A stretch of DNA of 64,000 bases, from IMG/VR virus record IMGVR_UViG_3300027736_001324, positions 1-64,000 of that record. The stretch is one strand, 5' to 3'. The notes under the pieces are model-generated. The model saw nothing but the letters and a program-made list of their open reading frames with translations. It ran no database searches and had not been told where the DNA came from. Below are positions 62,001 to 64,000 of the stretch, piece by piece. Positions within the stretch are counted from its first letter, which is position 1, and every line of letters begins with the position of its first letter. Position numbers and translations under genes: made by a program.

Positions 62001-64000
62001 ACAAATGCTAAAGATTTAGATTACGGCTCACAACCATACTATGGCACTGCGCTAGATTTTAATGATAATCGTGTTACTGTAGGAACTCCTAACTTTGCGC
62101 CAACAACTAACGCCAATGACACCAATGGACAAGTAATTACTTATGTAAGTTTAAGTAGCGAACCTGATTGGGCAGTATTTAGAAGTACAAGCGCAATTGT
62201 TGATGTTAATAGTTTAGGGCCTATTCAGTTGTTTAGTGCAAGCACCAATCAAACACTAGAGAATTTAGATTATTTTGATCCCTTGCAAGGCAAATTATTG
62301 GGGGCTATACAACAAAATATAGATGTTATATCTAATGTAGATCCAGCTGGATATAATAGTCCTAGCTATACCCAGGGTAATTTAGTTTGGGGGCCTGAAA
62401 AATTAGGCATGATTTGGTTTAATACCAATAACACTAGATTTATGAATTATCATCAAAATGATGTAACATACAACAGTCAGTGGTGGGGTAGAGTATTCCC
62501 GGGAAGTGATGTTTCAGTTTATTCTTGGGTTGTAAGCAATGTGCCGCCGGCACAATATCCAGGTCCTGGTGTACCATTTAGTCCAACTGATTATAGTGTA
62601 CAAGGCGTAATTAATGCTGAGGGATTAGTAGTACCTGTTTATTACTTCTGGGCAAGAAACACTAATACTGTGTTTACCCGCAGAGATAAGACATTAGCTG
62701 ACACTACATTGCAATTATATATTGCTAACCCACAGGGAACTGGCATTAGTTATTTCTCACCGTTATTACCAAATGTGTTTGGATTATATAACTGTTTTGA
62801 TTATGTTAATGGAAATGATACAACATTACATATTGGATATGCAACAGCAAACAATGATGATGTAGCGCATAATCAATATAGTTTGATTAGAGCAAATTAT
62901 GCTGATGACTTCTTGCCCGGCGTACCGGGCTCAGGCGCAGCATATCAATATCACGGGGCAGTAGGGATTACAGAGCCAACTAGTCTATACAATAGAATGT
63001 TAGATAGTATGTGTGGCGTAGATAATTTTGGAGCAGTGGTTCCTAATCCGCTATTGCCAAAACTAGTACAAACAGGTGTATTGGCTAAGCCAAGACAAGG
63101 TTTCTTCTACGACAGATTTGGTGCATTACAGAATTATTTACAGTATGCGAATGAAATATTAGCACAGTATCCTATAACTGAAACCAGAAATGCTGCATTT
63201 TTATCAAAAACCGGCACATTCTATGACACTAAAAATTATTGGAATTACATAAACTGGTGGGCAACAGGATATAATAATAATACTAAATCATCATTACAGG
63301 TTTCTATCTACGCAGACTTATCTACGTTGGATGTAGCAGCGGGCACAATTGTTACAGTAGCAGCAAATAGCGCCGGCAATAGCGAAACATACATCTATAA
63401 TGTTGATGGTACCTGGACACGAATTGGATTAACAAACGGCACAATAGAGTTCAGTAGCTATCTTTGGGATTATCCAAGTGCTAAATTAGGGTTTGGTGAT
63501 AATTTCTTTGATACAAACTTATATGATGAATATCCTAGTGAAGAAACACGTAACATAGTTCGTGCATTGAATGAAGAAATATATACCAATGAATTATTAA
63601 TTCATAGAAATAAAAGTTTAATATTATTATTTGAATATATTCAAAGTGAAACTGTTGAAAATCAAAATTATTTACCATGGTTAAACAAAACTTCATTGAT
63701 GGATGTTTCACATACTATTAGAGAATTATTACCATTGGAAGTATTTCGTTCTGATAATCAAGACTTCTTGGCAGGATATATTAATGAAGTTAAACCTTAT
63801 CACGTAGTAATTAAAGAATTCTTATTCAAGTATACAAAAACTGATGTATTTGAAGGAGACATAACTGACTTTGACATTCCATCACAATTTAACACAACTG
63901 TACAGCAATTCATATCTCCTGAGTTAGTATATGCTAATCCAAGTGGCGACAACCAATTCTTGCCAACTGATCCAATATGGCAAACTGCTCCTTATAGCCA
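53007..64000 (+). CDS. Giant virion/baseplate protein (>3660 aa, 3'-truncated); gp7-like position; contains propeller-type repeats
   Basis: ATG 53007 reads MATRIRTLNFLPEIF; the same frame reads ...LPTDPIWQTAPYS at the edge; no terminated ORF is listed in this frame. Confidence 0.8.
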   Translation, partial: MATRIRTLNFLPEIFKTETNAQFLAATLDQLVSQPNTKKIEGYVGSKFGYGINANDYYVTEPTKIRTDYQLEPGVAFLKENDTTATDFISYPGIIDSLKLEGALTDNNNRLFNSEFYSWDSFTNLDKIINFNQYYWLPTGPERVVVATDIVYNSAAYVVQSLSNEYLISSETLTTPSSNPSLTLLRGGTYTFTVNQNSQFWIQGVPGVTGYSPTQRNVQTRDVYGVTNNGAENGIVTFTVPQKDALNEYNFPLGPSIGVISTLPFSEVNGALVNDIGGIDGVTALNGLTVMFYNTGIEDEIAYVNQFYDQTTYDQDGGVAYDSLVDYPGTSIFNNNYEGGYYTTVNANFYTITLLGDQSNPQIQLTPTAPIPNNQIITPLFGTQFADIGFYRNSIGTISPIPYNSAILDRLYYQDGSNPNKVGVLKIVDSNVTNTLNILTQILGRSTYTAPNGVVFSNGLKVLFQGDIYPESYNNVEYYVEGVGTAIELIPVTTLVTPGLFSEGTYIPYDTLAYDVGNYDSSLNIPVEQDYITIARNAINKNAWSRSNRWFHIDVIRATALYNNSPDLVTQLATLNNKANRPIIEFYPNLRLFDSGAYGKPPIDFLDTRTTDAFSQVAGQTNYYPDVAGYTTYNATIAPVTGAITTKTATSTTAVSNEITLNNTTGVHINDTIVFGGTVFGGIASGTTYYITNVIGNNITISTTKLGTSLSLTTSSGTMTTSIYPYSTTITIPTSDVSGLFEVGQYISDSTNLLPTITFITDVTTVSTDTVITVSWDKTNATVSATSVASVVTADTPLSNYALFEGSRVVFASDTNLEVRNKIYVSHFSTISGSSTPIITLTEAEDGLVLADEQTAVYRGYTNRGKDFYFDGLYWNAGQQKTNVNQPPKFDVLDSNNISFGNPEYYLGTSFTGCTLFAFGIGTGANDSVLGFPLRYSSVDNVGDISFDVTLNSQTFTYVDGTSPITQNVNTGYIFNYLTRTEYVRELGWQTAVSPSVQYQVFEFNWNLIDLNPEFVCDVSATYSIPTNWPLVQVYINNTYLPSTDYTVTITDTTTTIDIPIFTINSIETVIQVLVLSDQVSKTAYYQTPINLNNNPLNQDITTANIGDIRGQYQSIFFNNPNTTGEVFGPNNYRDLGNLVPWGNRIIQNGASLVLPGAFLRKQNHNLFNSILYNSRQYIGFKNLLIDTVNTTDYSYYMTAAAMLDDALDKMNAPRTDSDSFFWSDMLPQKAPYITNTYSFANSLDVSIYPLSTIYNYATANYNGILVYLVRNGVQTQLIKNVDYTISSTSPALTVTKDLLQNDQIIINEYNQTYGSFAPNTPTKLGLYPATIPNVTLDTAYVVPTYFIVGHDGSYNKLYGEYNSVTGKLEDFRDQVLLEFETRVYNNLKLSNTIPIQAYEVLPGFFRNTGYSYAEFLQIYSESFLNWVGQNRVDYKTQLYSVNGKYSYNYTNSGNRINGEPIEQGYFRGMYLFYYDTSTPNVTPWEMLGYANQPTWWETRYGPAPYTSDNLVLWGDLAAGEDWGTINPVTGRGVVLPRYVRNGLLNILPVDSSGNLVPPLDSVVGNYDENTFRNNWQVGDVGPTEFSYRRSSSWPFDLMRILALTKPAEFFNLGVDVDNYKYNSEFDQYLVNNRSHLVVNNIPIYGNGTPATSYINWIVDFEKQVGVDATTNITTLLDNLDVRLVYRLAGFSDKNLLKFYVEKSSANSNNSSLLIPDESYSVLLYDNQAFDRIVYSGVVIQIATIDNDPLKGTCFRIFGNSQTNAYFKILAPSYGGQTERVTVEGVTVTIANTYSNTVQVVPYGTTFYTVQEVAQFLSSYGKYLENQGVKFDQIENGVPVNWSQMIAEFLYWSQTGWDVGSITTLNPSANTFTVNKDSYIVQPLTFRQLNFVLNQNLYPIQSVDLSVVRNGTIFDATPLNQGDTIAYGQFNISNIEHGVVFDNVTLFNDIIYNLVTGLRQNRIYLRGTKTADWDGTMDAYGFILNQDNIVEWSREVKYSKGSIVKYKNKYWTALTIIQAKELFDERDWRRTDYNEIQKGLLPNSQTRSYESTLYYDINNANLENDADLLSFSLIGYRPRDYMALADLTDITQINVYQNMIKDKGTLNAASAFKGATLAQGGIDYDLYENWAIKSGEFGGILNDNFIEFQLKQSELTGNPSIVGLTNGVPNAGVQQEVPIYSITNYGRQINNVDVLPTIEPTSPSTLLPSAGYVNFNDVKMASYFYSGLSSAINSVGTLIPINKFYVRDYAWLANYLSEWKIFTPASLGAVTNAKNNLNNTVTITFSQAHNLSRYQLFAIVNFDASINNYYIVAAVVDPFNVIINLALNPSIRNITGLGIGFKLQNQRVATAPEIGDLPLLDNEFNKLKVWVDTNNDGSWAVFRKSLNYQFEKEILNSASQSFGSAVAYTTDMGYLIGDADAGEVYRYKYDPITDSYLLNQTLSNGTSFGSTISYTDDLFVISEPTDASNVYIYQLITTLLVNTIDLYQTIAAPLGVTNWGSSTTLSGDKNWLYISDIDNNSVHVYRKSTITDLYEPEYIIDGDALSLTSAGDDFGYSISTDYYGDTVVIGTPFKNYNGATENYGYTYVFDRTVQNFEIQNTSQRYIPLPLSLAWTPTTVTQTATATDSTTDRITVTSSAGFSVGDPVIFSGTLLSSGALGENIVYYVYDKPSATTFRVALTRDAISPIQLNTESGGSMVVTVQTTPLFVTINGTLIEDNNYAVIGSVLYMYSSSTPLLNAGDIVNVSGINFVLAQTLDNGQAPRVGVEFGTSVDTNKFANEILVGAPFELNSKNYEGAVHRFTNGGESYGIIIGTSDCNITTPRNILLNGYSVSLPVGNATAAAQAINLTQVTNVNATALDGKLIIQLINIDISTPNNKLSLTAVESVTFAELGINVFTETQVVTCPHPTGRTQFGTTIKFDKSNSGSFISSAPVGARFAATTFDFTDDELDNDTVFDNNATQWVDTFRNAGAVYMFDYLSTYNESLSAPGKFVYAQSTNAKDLDYGSQPYYGTALDFNDNRVTVGTPNFAPTTNANDTNGQVITYVSLSSEPDWAVFRSTSAIVDVNSLGPIQLFSASTNQTLENLDYFDPLQGKLLGAIQQNIDVISNVDPAGYNSPSYTQGNLVWGPEKLGMIWFNTNNTRFMNYHQNDVTYNSQWWGRVFPGSDVSVYSWVVSNVPPAQYPGPGVPFSPTDYSVQGVINAEGLVVPVYYFWARNTNTVFTRRDKTLADTTLQLYIANPQGTGISYFSPLLPNVFGLYNCFDYVNGNDTTLHIGYATANNDDVAHNQYSLIRANYADDFLPGVPGSGAAYQYHGAVGITEPTSLYNRMLDSMCGVDNFGAVVPNPLLPKLVQTGVLAKPRQGFFYDRFGALQNYLQYANEILAQYPITETRNAAFLSKTGTFYDTKNYWNYINWWATGYNNNTKSSLQVSIYADLSTLDVAAGTIVTVAANSAGNSETYIYNVDGTWTRIGLTNGTIEFSSYLWDYPSAKLGFGDNFFDTNLYDEYPSEETRNIVRALNEEIYTNELLIHRNKSLILLFEYIQSETVENQNYLPWLNKTSLMDVSHTIRELLPLEVFRSDNQDFLAGYINEVKPYHVVIKEFLFKYTKTDVFEGDITDFDIPSQFNTTVQQFISPELVYANPSGDNQFLPTDPIWQTAPYS

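Noticed and set aside
1-64000. Stop-codon reassignment suggested by the ORF-track gaps at 1-6054 and 53007-64000
   Set aside because: Gaps are explained by edge-truncated ORFs; genes are intact in the standard code and TAA, TAG and TGA all occur as stops.

Overview
AT-rich segment of a large, distantly T4-like myophage, covering virion morphogenesis. Minus strand 1-22.3 kb: three Asn-rich fibre genes (the first is cut by the window edge and ends in a collagen-like tract) and three multi-LamG proteins. Next come an HNH endonuclease, the head module (major capsid protein, scaffold, prohead protease, core protein, portal) and a tape-measure-like gene. A central block holds gp26/gp51-like genes, a ~490-nt non-coding structured region, an Hjc-like resolvase, a GIY-YIG-like endonuclease, gp46, gp47 and a gp55-like late sigma factor. 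Plus strand 40.5-64 kb: baseplate genes (gp48/54-, gp53-, gp27-, gp5-, gp25-, gp6-like) and a >3660-codon ORF that runs off the right edge. TAAATA late-promoter motifs precede many genes. The most notable signals are non-coding or recoding elements: (1) a ~490-nt strand-specific structured RNA candidate ending in DNA-type cGAAg hairpins; (2) a candidate antisense RNA driven by a late promoter inside the first codons of the GIY-YIG-like gene; (3) a T-TTT-TTC -1 frameshift site joining the gp26-like and gp51-like ORFs; (4) a tiny promoter-terminator unit downstream of the capsid/HNH genes. All family assignments come from motif recognition by eye; no searches were run.
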